From assembly GCA_036395815.1 (NCBI GenBank), contig DASWCX010000229.1:1-30766 (forward strand): DNA of 30,766 nt, in the 5' to 3' direction. Numbering within the stretch: position 1 is the first letter of the stretch; each line of letters starts with the position of its first letter. The position numbers and the translations under genes are program-made. The stretch is from Actinomycetota bacterium (lineage in GTDB: Bacteria; Actinomycetota; UBA4738). Of this stretch, positions 17,227 through 25,130 are shown one piece after another. Below the pieces are notes generated by a model. The model made no database searches. It had not been told where the DNA came from and saw only the letters and a program-made list of their open reading frames with translations.

Positions 17227-19001
17227 CACCACGGGGAGCTCTGGCCGAACATCTCGCCGAGCCTGGCGGCGAGCTGGAAGTCGCCGTCGATCTGGATCTT
17301 GCCCTCGAACCACGCCTTGGCCGGAGGGAGCTCCCGGGCCACCATCCTGGCGAAGGTCGGCACCGACGTCCGAATCACCACCGAGGGGTGAGGAGACCGG
17401 CCCGCCCCCGCTATGGCGACGCCGTTGTCGATCCGGATCACCCACCGCCTCAGCCCGCGACGGCCCCGCAGCTCGTACTGGATGTCCCCCCGGAACCCGC
17501 CCGCCCGGTCGGGCTGGAATGCCCGCTGCATGCCCTTGAAGATCGCCCGCAGCATGGGACCCGAGCTCACCCGCCGGTCGATCTGCTCGTCGCTCTTCCC
17601 CCGGACCAACAAGGCGAACGCGGCCTCCTGCCGGGCCCGGACTCCCTCTGCCATCCGGATGCGGGCTTGCCGCAGCGCTTCCATGGCCCCGTTCCTCTGC
17701 TCGTCACAGGGGGGAGCCGGCGCGGCGGACTTCGACCCAACCCAAGCCGGAGAGGGCTCACCGCCGGGCATGATCACGTAGCCGGGGCTGGCCTCCCTGG
17801 CCGGTTCGCGGCGGGCCAGGGCCCTCTCGGAGGCCTCCGCCAGGCGCTCCCGCTTCGCCGCCTCCCGCCCCTCCTCGCGGGAGGCGAACTCGCCCAGCAC
17901 CTCCTTGGCGAACAGCTCGATCGACTCGCAGATGTGCTCGTGCCGGTTCCTGCCCGCCTGTGCCACGAAGATGACCTCGTCCACGCCCGCGGCCTCGTAC
18001 CGTCCCAGCAGGTCTCGGACCTGTGCTGGGGTTCCGACCGCTCCCCTCAGCGACCCGAGCCCCTGTTGCAGGATGTTGACGCCGAGCTGCTCCGACCCCG
18101 TCTCGATGATCTCCCTGGTGAACCCGCGCTCCGAACGGTGCTCCGAGAATTCCTCCCACACGTTGGTCCGCCCCGGCCGGTGCTCCCCGAACACGTAGTA
18201 GTGGGCGAGCGAGTACCCGAAGAAGTGCGCGCCGTCGATCCCGCGACGGATCGCGGTCTCCTCGTCGGGGTGGAGCATGAACGGCAGGACCACGGCCACC
18301 TGCGGGTTGACGTCGAACCCCGCGGGCATGCATTCGTCCGAGGCGATCAGCGCGTAGTACTGGTCGACCCACTCCTTCGCCTGCTCCGGCTCGATGAAGG
18401 AGAACGAGAGCGCGCCCAGGCCCTTACGCGCGGCCAGCAGGATGGTGTCCCGGCGGCTGCACGCCACCCATAGCGGGGGATGCGGTTTCTGCTTCGGCTT
18501 GGGGACGACGTTGCGCGGAGGCATGTCCACGAACCGCCCGTGGTAGCCGGCGAACGGCTCCTCCACGAACATCCGGGTGATCGCGTCGACCCCCTCCTCC
18601 CACTGGGCGCGCTTGAGGTCCCGGTCAACACCGAACCCGCCCAGCTCGGCCTGCGACGAGGACTCGCCGGTCCCGAACTCCACCCGCCCGCCCGAGACGA
18701 GGTCGAGGGTGGCGATCCGCTCGGCCACCCGCGCCGGGTGGTTGAAGCCCGGCGGGATCTGGACGATCCCGTGCCCCAGCCGGATGGTGGAGGTGCGCTG
18801 CGACGCCGCGGCCAGGAAGACCTCCGGCGCGCTCGAGTGCGAGTACTCCTCCAGGAAGTGGTGCTCGACCTCCCACACCGAATGGAAGCCGAGACGGTCG
18901 GCCAGCTCGATCTGCTCGAGGGCGTCGGACAGCAACCGCTCCTCGTCGCCGTCGTGCCACGGCCGCGGCAGCTGGTGCTCGTAGAACAGCCCGAAGCGCA
19001 T
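17226..19001 (-). CDS. LLM-class flavin-dependent oxidoreductase fused to a C-terminal SCP2 sterol-binding domain
   Basis: N-terminus: WEVEHHFLEEYSHSSAPEVFLAA...HPARVAERIATLDLVSGGRVEFGTG. C-terminus: FQPDRAGGFRGDIQYEL...WVIRIDNG...KAWFEGKIQIDGD. GAGGAG RBS before ATG 19001. Confidence 0.88.
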   Translation of the reverse strand: MRFGLFYEHQLPRPWHDGDEERLLSDALEQIELADRLGFHSVWEVEHHFLEEYSHSSAPEVFLAAASQRTSTIRLGHGIVQIPPGFNHPARVAERIATLDLVSGGRVEFGTGESSSQAELGGFGVDRDLKRAQWEEGVDAITRMFVEEPFAGYHGRFVDMPPRNVVPKPKQKPHPPLWVACSRRDTILLAARKGLGALSFSFIEPEQAKEWVDQYYALIASDECMPAGFDVNPQVAVVLPFMLHPDEETAIRRGIDGAHFFGYSLAHYYVFGEHRPGRTNVWEEFSEHRSERGFTREIIETGSEQLGVNILQQGLGSLRGAVGTPAQVRDLLGRYEAAGVDEVIFVAQAGRNRHEHICESIELFAKEVLGEFASREEGREAAKRERLAEASERALARREPAREASPGYVIMPGGEPSPAWVGSKSAAPAPPCDEQRNGAMEALRQARIRMAEGVRARQEAAFALLVRGKSDEQIDRRVSSGPMLRAIFKGMQRAFQPDRAGGFRGDIQYELRGRRGLRRWVIRIDNGVAIAGAGRSPHPSVVIRTSVPTFARMVARELPPAKAWFEGKIQIDGDFQLAARLGEMFGQSSPW

Positions 19002-19204
19002 GATCGCTCCTCGCCCCCACCGACGTGCGGACGGGCCCGAGCTTACGACGAGGCTCGGCCGAACGCGACCGTCCGCCCACGCCCGCACGAACCGGGCATC
19101 TGCCTGCGGAGTTGAACGCCCGAAGCCCGTGGCGATAGCGTTGGGTCGATCTCGTCGAACGGCGCATCGACCGTCTGTTCGACACCTTCGGGGAGTGTTG
19201 TTCG

Positions 19205-20299
19205 ATGGCCCGACGGAACACCTCGACCTTGGTCGCCCTGATCGCGCTGACCGCGTCGCTGGCCCTGACCGCCCGGGGAGCGATGGCCTCGCCGGCGTGT
19301 GTCCCAGGCTGGCACGTTGTCCCCAGCCCCTCGCCGGGCGATCTGGGCTCGCAGCTGAGCGGCGTGGCCGCGATCAGCTCGACCGACGCGTGGGCCGTCG
19401 GGGTGGCGGGCGGCTCACCCTCGCGGACGCTGATCGAACACTGGGACGGGGCCGAGTGGAGCGTCGTGCCGAGCGTGGATGTCGGCACCTTGAACAGCCT
19501 TTCCGGTGTCACCGCGCTGTCCTCTTCCGACGTGTGGGCGGTCGGCCAGACCTTCGTCACCGACTACGCGCCCCTGATCGAGCACTGGGACGGTTCCATG
19601 TGGTCCCTGGTCCCCAGCGACCCGACGGTACCCTCCGGCGGTCTGTCCGGCATCTCCGGGACCGGGCCGGCGGACATCTGGGCGGTGGGAGGCACCGGCA
19701 CGTCGAGCCTGATCGAGCACTGGGACGGCCACGGCTGGTCCCGCGTCGATTCACCCACCGGCAAGAACACCGGGCTCCTGTCGGTGCAGGCCATCGCCCC
19801 GGACGACGCCTGGGCCGTGGGCAACGACATCCGGGGATTCGACGAGACCGCCCCCGTCATCGAGCACTGGGACGGCAGGGCCTGGTCGCGGGTCCGCAGC
19901 GCCCAGACCTCCCGCCCGAAGGTGCTCGAGGCGGTGTGGGCCGACTCTGCGAGCGACGCGTGGGCGGTGGGGTCGGTGGGCCCGGGTATCCAGACGCACG
20001 CCGAGCGGTGGGACGGATCGACGTGGACCACCACCTACACCCCGAGCCCGGGTTCCGACGCCGTGCTGCGGGGGGTCGGCGGGAGCTCGGCGGATGACGT
20101 GTGGGCGGTGGGGAACGTCCAGGGCGGGGCGATCGCCGAGCGCTGGAACGGACGGCGGTGGAAGGACTGGCCGATCGACGGCAACTACTGGCTGTCGGGG
20201 GTCGAGGTGGAGCCCACCGGCGATGCCTGGGCGGTTGGAGCGAACCTCGACAGCCTCCTGGAGACGCACGTGGTCCGGTTCATCGGCTGTTCGGCCTGA
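19205..20299 (+). CDS. Secreted seven-repeat, probably seven-bladed beta-propeller protein
   Basis: Signal-peptide-like N-terminus and seven copies of L-x-[GSA]-[VI]-x5-D-[AVI]-WAVG-xn-[IA]E[HR]W[DN]G-x2-W; the last copy is truncated. Confidence 0.8.
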   Translation: MARRNTSTLVALIALTASLALTARGAMASPACVPGWHVVPSPSPGDLGSQLSGVAAISSTDAWAVGVAGGSPSRTLIEHWDGAEWSVVPSVDVGTLNSLSGVTALSSSDVWAVGQTFVTDYAPLIEHWDGSMWSLVPSDPTVPSGGLSGISGTGPADIWAVGGTGTSSLIEHWDGHGWSRVDSPTGKNTGLLSVQAIAPDDAWAVGNDIRGFDETAPVIEHWDGRAWSRVRSAQTSRPKVLEAVWADSASDAWAVGSVGPGIQTHAERWDGSTWTTTYTPSPGSDAVLRGVGGSSADDVWAVGNVQGGAIAERWNGRRWKDWPIDGNYWLSGVEVEPTGDAWAVGANLDSLLETHVVRFIGCSA

Positions 20300-20308
20300 T
20301 CCGCGCCG

Positions 20309-20917
20309 CTAGGCCAGGTTCGTGATGCCGCGCCAGGCGAACTGGACCAGCGTGTCGACGGCCGCCCGGCGGGTCTCCTCCGGACCGCCGGGGTCGCGCT
20401 GGGCCACCGTCTCCACCATCCCGATCAGCGCCAGGGCCACGGTCTCGGCGTGCTCCCGGTCGAGCCGGCCGCGGGACTCCCTCACGATGAGGTCGGCCAC
20501 CTCGTTCAGGATCTGGTCGCGAACGCCGCCCACGCGATCGCGGAAATCGCGCTCGGTGCCCACGGTCTCCTGCATCAGCAGCTGGAAGCCCTCGGCGTGC
20601 TCGTCGACGAAGTCGAAGTAGGCCTGGAACGAGGCCCGGATGCGCTCGCGGTTGCCGATGGGGCTCGCCAGCGCCTCCTTCACCCGGTCCAGCAGATTGC
20701 TCAGGTCCGCGTCGAGGAGGGCGAGGTACAGGTCCTTCTTCGAGGTGAAGTGGTCGTACAGGATCGGCTTGGTCACGCCGGCTTCCTTCGCCACCGTGTC
20801 CATGGAGACCGAGTGGAACCCGGCCTTCCCGAACACCCGCCGGGCGACGGCCAAGAGCTGGGCCCGCCGTTCGGGGGCCCGCATCCGTCGCCGGGTCGAG
20901 GGTTGACTGCCTGCCAT
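20309..20917 (-). CDS. TetR/AcrR-family transcriptional regulator
   Basis: RRAQLLAVARRVFGKAGFHSVSMDTVAKEAGVTKPILYDHFTSKKDLY helix-turn-helix. Confidence 0.92.
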   Translation of the reverse strand: MAGSQPSTRRRMRAPERRAQLLAVARRVFGKAGFHSVSMDTVAKEAGVTKPILYDHFTSKKDLYLALLDADLSNLLDRVKEALASPIGNRERIRASFQAYFDFVDEHAEGFQLLMQETVGTERDFRDRVGGVRDQILNEVADLIVRESRGRLDREHAETVALALIGMVETVAQRDPGGPEETRRAAVDTLVQFAWRGITNLA

Positions 20918-20928
20918 GCTCGGGTATA

Positions 20929-20957
20929 TTACCGGGCGGTAACCTACCCATAGGTAA
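20929..20957. promoter_or_regulatory. Two tandem 14-bp palindromic operators between tetR and the acyl-CoA dehydrogenase gene
   Basis: TTACC-GGGC-GGTAA (20929-20942) and CTACC-CATA-GGTAA (20944-20957). They overlap putative -10 boxes TAATAT (minus, 20926-20931) and TAAGTT (plus, 20955-20960). Confidence 0.7.
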
Positions 20958-21036
20958 GTTTACGAAGATCCCGGCCGGTGGCTCCGGACGATTGTCCCCC
21001 CACCGGGGCGGAAGGGCCAGCACGGAGGGAACGGAT

Positions 21037-22233
21037 ATGGACTTTCAGCTCGCGGAGGAGCACCTCAGCATCAAGAAGTGGGTCCACGAGTTCGCCGAGA
21101 ACGAGATCCGCCCGGTCGCCTCCGAGTACGACGAGACCGAAGAGTTCCCCTGGCCGGTGATCAACAAGGCCGCGGAGATCGGCCTGTACTCCATCGAGTT
21201 CTACATGGAGCAGGTGGCCGGCGACCCCACCGGCCTGGTCCTTCCGATCTGCCTGGAGGAGACGTGCTGGGGTTGCGCCGGCATCGCCCTCGGGATCTGG
21301 GGGACCGGCCTGCCGCTGTCGGCGCTGGCCTATTCGGGCACTCCCGAGCAGCTCGCGGAGTGGGCCCCGAAGATGTTCGGCACGCCCGACGATCCGAAGG
21401 TCGCGGCCCTATGCGTCACGGAACCGGACGCCGGGTCCGACGTCTCCGCCCTGCGGACCACGGCGAAGCGGGACGGAGACGAATGGGTGCTGAACGGCCA
21501 GAAGATCTTCGCCACGAACGGGGGCCCGGCGAGCGTGCGGATCGTGGTGGCCTCCGTCGATCCCGAGCTGGGGCACCGGGGGCAGGCCGCGTTCATCGTC
21601 GGTCCCGACACCCCGGGGATCAAGCCGGGGAAGAAGGAGAAGAAGCTCGGCATCCGGGCCTCCGATACGTCCGAGGTGCTGCTCGAGGACTGCCGCATCC
21701 CCCTGGAGAACGTGCTCGGTGGGATGGAGAAGCTCGAGGCCAAGCTTGACCGGGCCCGGGCCAAGGGCGCCCAGGCGGCCGGCCACTCCGCCGCCCTCAA
21801 GACCTTCGAGGTCACCAGGCCGTCGGTGGCGGCGCAGGCCGTCGGGATCGCCCGGGCGGCGTTCGAGTTCGCCCTTGGCTACGCCAAGGAGCGCAGGACG
21901 TTCGGCCGCCCGCTGATCGAGCACCAGGGTGTGGCCTTCAAGCTCGCCGACATGGCGATGGAGATCGACGCTGCGAGGCTGCTCACGTACCGGGCGGCCT
22001 GGCTCGCCCGCAACGGCCACTTCGAACACGCCGAGGGGTCGATGTCGAAGCTCAAGGCCGGGGAGACCGCGGTGTGGGTCACCGAGCAGGCCGTCCAGAT
22101 CCTGGGCGGCTACGGGTACATCAAGGACTTCCCGGTGGAGAAGTGGTACCGGGACGCCAAGATCTACACGATCTTCGAGGGCACCTCGGAGATCCAGCGC
22201 ATCGTGATCAGCCGGGCCCTGGCCCGGGACTGA
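21037..22233 (+). CDS. Acyl-CoA dehydrogenase
   Basis: ALCVTEPDAGSD, LNGQKIFATNG, KLGIRASDT, QILGGYGYIKDFPVEKWYRDAKIYTIFEGTSEIQR. GGAGGG RBS before ATG 21037. Confidence 0.95.
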   Translation: MDFQLAEEHLSIKKWVHEFAENEIRPVASEYDETEEFPWPVINKAAEIGLYSIEFYMEQVAGDPTGLVLPICLEETCWGCAGIALGIWGTGLPLSALAYSGTPEQLAEWAPKMFGTPDDPKVAALCVTEPDAGSDVSALRTTAKRDGDEWVLNGQKIFATNGGPASVRIVVASVDPELGHRGQAAFIVGPDTPGIKPGKKEKKLGIRASDTSEVLLEDCRIPLENVLGGMEKLEAKLDRARAKGAQAAGHSAALKTFEVTRPSVAAQAVGIARAAFEFALGYAKERRTFGRPLIEHQGVAFKLADMAMEIDAARLLTYRAAWLARNGHFEHAEGSMSKLKAGETAVWVTEQAVQILGGYGYIKDFPVEKWYRDAKIYTIFEGTSEIQRIVISRALARD

Positions 22234-22254
22234 AGAGTCTCCGAGACGGAACCG

Positions 22255-24438
22255 TCAGGGCCCCAGCCTGGCCTCCACACAGCAGACCCCGTCCACCTGG
22301 ACCGGGGTGATCCCGGCCTCGGCGTCGGCGTTCGGGATCTGGATGCTCGCGCTCTGCTTGCGGGCGAAGGTGAACGCCGACAGGCTCTCCAGGAGCGACC
22401 CGTCGGCAGGGTTCCCCACGAGCGTTCGTGGCACCACGATCTCCCAGTAGTCGAACCCCGGACCGTGCTTCAAGGTGGCCGACACGGCGGTTCCGCCGTT
22501 CCCGGGGCCTCCGTAATCGACCACGTGCGGGTCGCAGGCCGAGACGGAGCACAGGTCGATCGAGGTCGCCGTGCCGGCGAAGGCCTGGGTGACCCCGCCG
22601 GGCAGCGCCTCGACCGCGGCGTAGTAGATGGGGTTCTCCAGCCCCTGCACGGGATCATCGACGGACTGCCCGATCCACCGGACCACGAAGTCGACGGCCC
22701 CCGCGCCGGTGGCGGTCAGGGCGTGGCCCAGGTCGGCCAGCGAGGAGGTCCCGAGGTCGATCACCACATTGGCCCCGGACGAGCGGACCCGAACCACCCT
22801 GATGTCGAGCTCCGGCACGTTGTCGGGACCGTAGACGGGGTCGAACAGCGCGTCGCCCGAGGGGTCCTTCATCGCGGTGCCGGTGGCGGGCGGCCCGGTC
22901 ACCTTCGTTCCGAACATGCTGATGCCGCGGTTCTGCTTCACCAGCATGACGGCGGGGGCGCCCGGATGATCCAGTGTCTGGACCGGCGGAGGGGCGTCGG
23001 CCTGGAGGAGCTGGTTCGAGGTGTCGTTGTAGACGATCTCGAGCGCACCGGTCGCCGGGTCGACGCCGTCCTGGAAGAAGTCGGCCATGTTGCGGTTGCC
23101 CTGCACCGCGATGCAGCCCGTCCCCTCCAGGCAGATGGTGCCGTAGTGGTTCGGATGCCGGGTGACCTGGATCTGGTGCAGGGACGGAGCCGACGTGTCG
23201 GCGCCGGTGATCACGTTGGCGTAGACGAACCACGGCTGGTGGGCGTCGGTCTGGCTCGGATCGTCGGTGGCGTCGGCCGTGCCGTAGTACACGATGGCGA
23301 TGCGACCGGCGGCGCCCGCCGTGATCCAGGGCATGACGTTCGCCGCGGCCGGCCCCGAGCTGATCTTCAGGGGCGTCGACCACTGGGTCCATCCGGTGGC
23401 CGCGGACGCGTGCGAGTACCAGATCTGCCAGTAGTCGGGGTCCTCGCTGGCCGAATGGCCGGAGGCTCTGGTCACCCACGTCACGTAGGCGTTCCGGGCC
23501 GAATCCATGGCGATCACGGGGAACAGGCCGCGGGCGTCGGTCTCCGCCGGAAGGGTGGCGATGGGGATCGTCTGCGACTTCGTGAGGGCGGGATCGCCGG
23601 GGTTCCCCGGGTCGCGCGAGTAGAGGATGAGGCCGATGTCAGAGAGGCCGGTGAGCCCGGCTGCCTCAAGCACGTCGCCGGTCTGTTGGTCGACGGCGAT
23701 GTTCCCATCGAGCCCGATGGGGACGCTCTCGGTGGGTCCCGTGTAGTTCAGGCCGTCGGTCGAGTAGGCCGCCCCCTCGCCGGTGCCGGCCACCTCCAGG
23801 TAGATCAGGTAGTTCACGGGCAGCGGGCCCGTGTAGTTGGACGGACGGGCCGCCGGATCCCATGTGGCAAACCATTGCCGGTCGATGCCGTTGTTGTCCG
23901 GATCGCTGCTGGTGTAGACGCCCTGGCCCATGGTCTTGGTGGCGTCGTCCCACGTGGCCGTCTTCAGGGCCTCCAGCGCGGCCAGGTCCGCGTAGTAGAC
24001 GGTGCCGGTGTTTCCCAGGCCGTGGTCGTCGATTGACAGCTCCGTGTCCCCGCCTCCCACGCACTGCGCCGCGGGGACCGGGCACGGGATCTGGCTGTCG
24101 GACTGGGCCGCGGTAGTGATCGGCGGGTTGTGGAGGGGCCGGAACGTGCGGCCGCCGTCCGCCGAGATGTTCCAGATGCTGCGCTGCGTGCCGGTGCCCC
24201 AGGGGCCACTGGCGTACACTCGGCCGTCGTCGGCGCTGATCCTCACGTCGGGCTCTCCGTACGCGTGCACCGGATCCACCACCGCGGGGCTGGAGAAGCC
24301 GATGCCGCTGGTGGCGAGGGCGTGCCGGGCGATAGCTCCGGCCCGGGGGGCCCCGGTCAGCCCCAGGGTGAGGATGGCCGCCGCGGCCGCGACCCCGGCC
24401 CGCCTGATACGTGGCTTCCCGTTCGACCGACCATCCAC
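22255..24438 (-). CDS. Large secreted protein with BNR/Asp-box (sialidase-like propeller) motifs
   Basis: AAGGAGG RBS then GTG at 24438, followed by a basic-then-hydrophobic signal peptide. Contains GEPDVRI, Asp-box SADGGRTF, GGGDTEL, YSTDG and AAGRIAIVYYG. Substrate unknown. Confidence 0.7.
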   Translation of the reverse strand: MDGRSNGKPRIRRAGVAAAAAILTLGLTGAPRAGAIARHALATSGIGFSSPAVVDPVHAYGEPDVRISADDGRVYASGPWGTGTQRSIWNISADGGRTFRPLHNPPITTAAQSDSQIPCPVPAAQCVGGGDTELSIDDHGLGNTGTVYYADLAALEALKTATWDDATKTMGQGVYTSSDPDNNGIDRQWFATWDPAARPSNYTGPLPVNYLIYLEVAGTGEGAAYSTDGLNYTGPTESVPIGLDGNIAVDQQTGDVLEAAGLTGLSDIGLILYSRDPGNPGDPALTKSQTIPIATLPAETDARGLFPVIAMDSARNAYVTWVTRASGHSASEDPDYWQIWYSHASAATGWTQWSTPLKISSGPAAANVMPWITAGAAGRIAIVYYGTADATDDPSQTDAHQPWFVYANVITGADTSAPSLHQIQVTRHPNHYGTICLEGTGCIAVQGNRNMADFFQDGVDPATGALEIVYNDTSNQLLQADAPPPVQTLDHPGAPAVMLVKQNRGISMFGTKVTGPPATGTAMKDPSGDALFDPVYGPDNVPELDIRVVRVRSSGANVVIDLGTSSLADLGHALTATGAGAVDFVVRWIGQSVDDPVQGLENPIYYAAVEALPGGVTQAFAGTATSIDLCSVSACDPHVVDYGGPGNGGTAVSATLKHGPGFDYWEIVVPRTLVGNPADGSLLESLSAFTFARKQSASIQIPNADAEAGITPVQVDGVCCVEARLGP

Positions 24439-24510
24439 GACGTTCCCTCCTTCATGAGCGCAGGCGTCGATACGCGTGGTTCCCCGGACCGGAGGCCCAG
24501 TGGCCGGCAC

Positions 24511-24540
24511 ATGATGTACTAGTCCGAGATAACTAGTCAA
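24511..24540 (-). promoter_or_regulatory. Putative sigma-A-type promoter of the secreted BNR gene, with two ACTAGT cores
   Basis: Minus strand TTGACT (24540-24535)-N18-CATCAT (24516-24511). ACTAGT occurs at 24518-24523 and 24532-24537. Confidence 0.5.
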
Positions 24541-24545
24541 ACCGA
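24538..24545 (+). repeat. 8-bp target site duplication, left copy (CAAACCGA)
   Basis: Identical to 27364-27371; both copies directly abut the inverted repeats. Confidence 0.95.
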
Positions 24546-24575
24546 GGGAAGTATCAAACACGAGCACGTACGTGC
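24546..24575 (+). repeat. Right terminal inverted repeat (IRR)
   Basis: GGGAAGTATCAA-ACACGAG-CACGTACGTGC; 22/30 identical to IRL in two conserved blocks. Confidence 0.92.
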
Positions 24576-24578
24576 TCG
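24555..24578 (-). terminator. Perfect 18-bp palindrome with U-rich tail on the minus strand, probable intrinsic terminator inside the IS right end
   Basis: CGAGCACGTACGTGCTCG (24561-24578), followed on the minus strand by TGTTTG. Confidence 0.55.
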
Positions 24579-24595
24579 ATAACTAGTCAGGCCGG
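24578..24595 (+). repeat. Internal 18-nt near-copy of the insertion-site flank (24528-24545)
   Basis: GATAACTAGTCAGGCCGG versus GATAACTAGTCAAACCGA: 15/18 identical, first 12 nt perfect. Confidence 0.9.
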
Positions 24596-24638
24596 TTTCA
24601 CACCGGGTCGAGCAGCAGAGGGTTCTCGCGGCCTGGTC

Positions 24639-24872
24639 TCAGGGGACCCTTTGACCTCGACGAGTCACCGTGCGCTGGTGAATCACCTCTGCATCCGGAG
24701 CCCAGCGAATGACCTGGCGCACGTCTTGCTCGCACTCAGCTGGGCTGCTGAAGCTGTTGACCGACTCGGCTACGGGGTCGTGCTCGTCCCGAAAGAGCAC
24801 CCAGCGCCAGGGGAACAGGTCGTCGAGGGTCTTCCCCTTCCAGTAGACGTAGAAGAACGGGTCTTCGGCCAT
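24639..24872 (-). CDS. YegP/DUF1508-like small protein (IS passenger)
   Basis: GGGAGGTGA RBS then ATG at 24872. FYVY...WRWVL...VAESVNSFSSPAECEQDV..V...APDA resembles the DUF1508 pattern; recognised by eye only. Confidence 0.6.
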   Translation of the reverse strand: MAEDPFFYVYWKGKTLDDLFPWRWVLFRDEHDPVAESVNSFSSPAECEQDVRQVIRWAPDAEVIHQRTVTRRGQRVP

Positions 24873-24938
24873 CGTCCTCACCTCCCGCACCCGATTGAAA
24901 CACACGCGTCACGCTGGCCCGTTTGCCAAGCCAGGAGG

Positions 24939-25088
24939 TCAGTCCTTCGGGCCCGTTGGAGGGTTCCGCCTGCTACCGCGCCAGCCCTTCGACTCCCGCT
25001 CGAACTCGATCATCCGGGCGTAGTCCCGAACCGTCCACTTGAAGCGTGGGGACCAGTGCCGGTACTTCCGCGTGTACCGCTTTCGCAT
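24939..25088 (-). CDS. 49-aa Arg/Lys- and aromatic-rich peptide (IS passenger)
   Basis: GAGGAGG RBS at 25094-25100. Sequence MRKRYTRKYRHWSPRFKWTVRDYARMIEFERESKGWRGSRRNPPTGPKD. Below the ORF-track size cutoff. Confidence 0.6.
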   Translation of the reverse strand: MRKRYTRKYRHWSPRFKWTVRDYARMIEFERESKGWRGSRRNPPTGPKD

Positions 25089-25130
25089 GGCGACCTCCTC
25101 GGCCCGGGCTCGTCCCGGATAGGAGGTGCC
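25089..25130 (-). promoter_or_regulatory. Hairpin sequestering the SD of the 49-aa ORF
   Basis: 5'-GGCACCUCCU-AU-CCGGG-ACGAG-CCCGG-GCCG-AGGAGGUCGCC-AUG: 10-bp outer stem with one bulge plus a 5-bp inner stem. Confidence 0.65.

Noticed and set aside
19030-19080. Nested inverted repeats upstream of the LLM gene as a riboswitch
   Set aside because: No known aptamer motif recognised; a TAAGCT -10-like box sits in the loop, so promoter or operator DNA is an equally good explanation.
19155-19182. TCGAAC...GTTCGA as an actinobacterial LexA box
   Set aside because: The spacer is 16 bp rather than the 4 bp of the SOS box.
24561-24578. Palindrome as an IS200/IS605 end hairpin
   Set aside because: No HUH TnpA, TnpB or IscB is encoded; the IRs, 8-bp TSD and DDE enzyme identify IS1595.
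24513-24595. ACTAGT repeats as a mini CRISPR array
   Set aside because: The units are too short and irregularly spaced (14 and 50 bp), and no cas genes are present.
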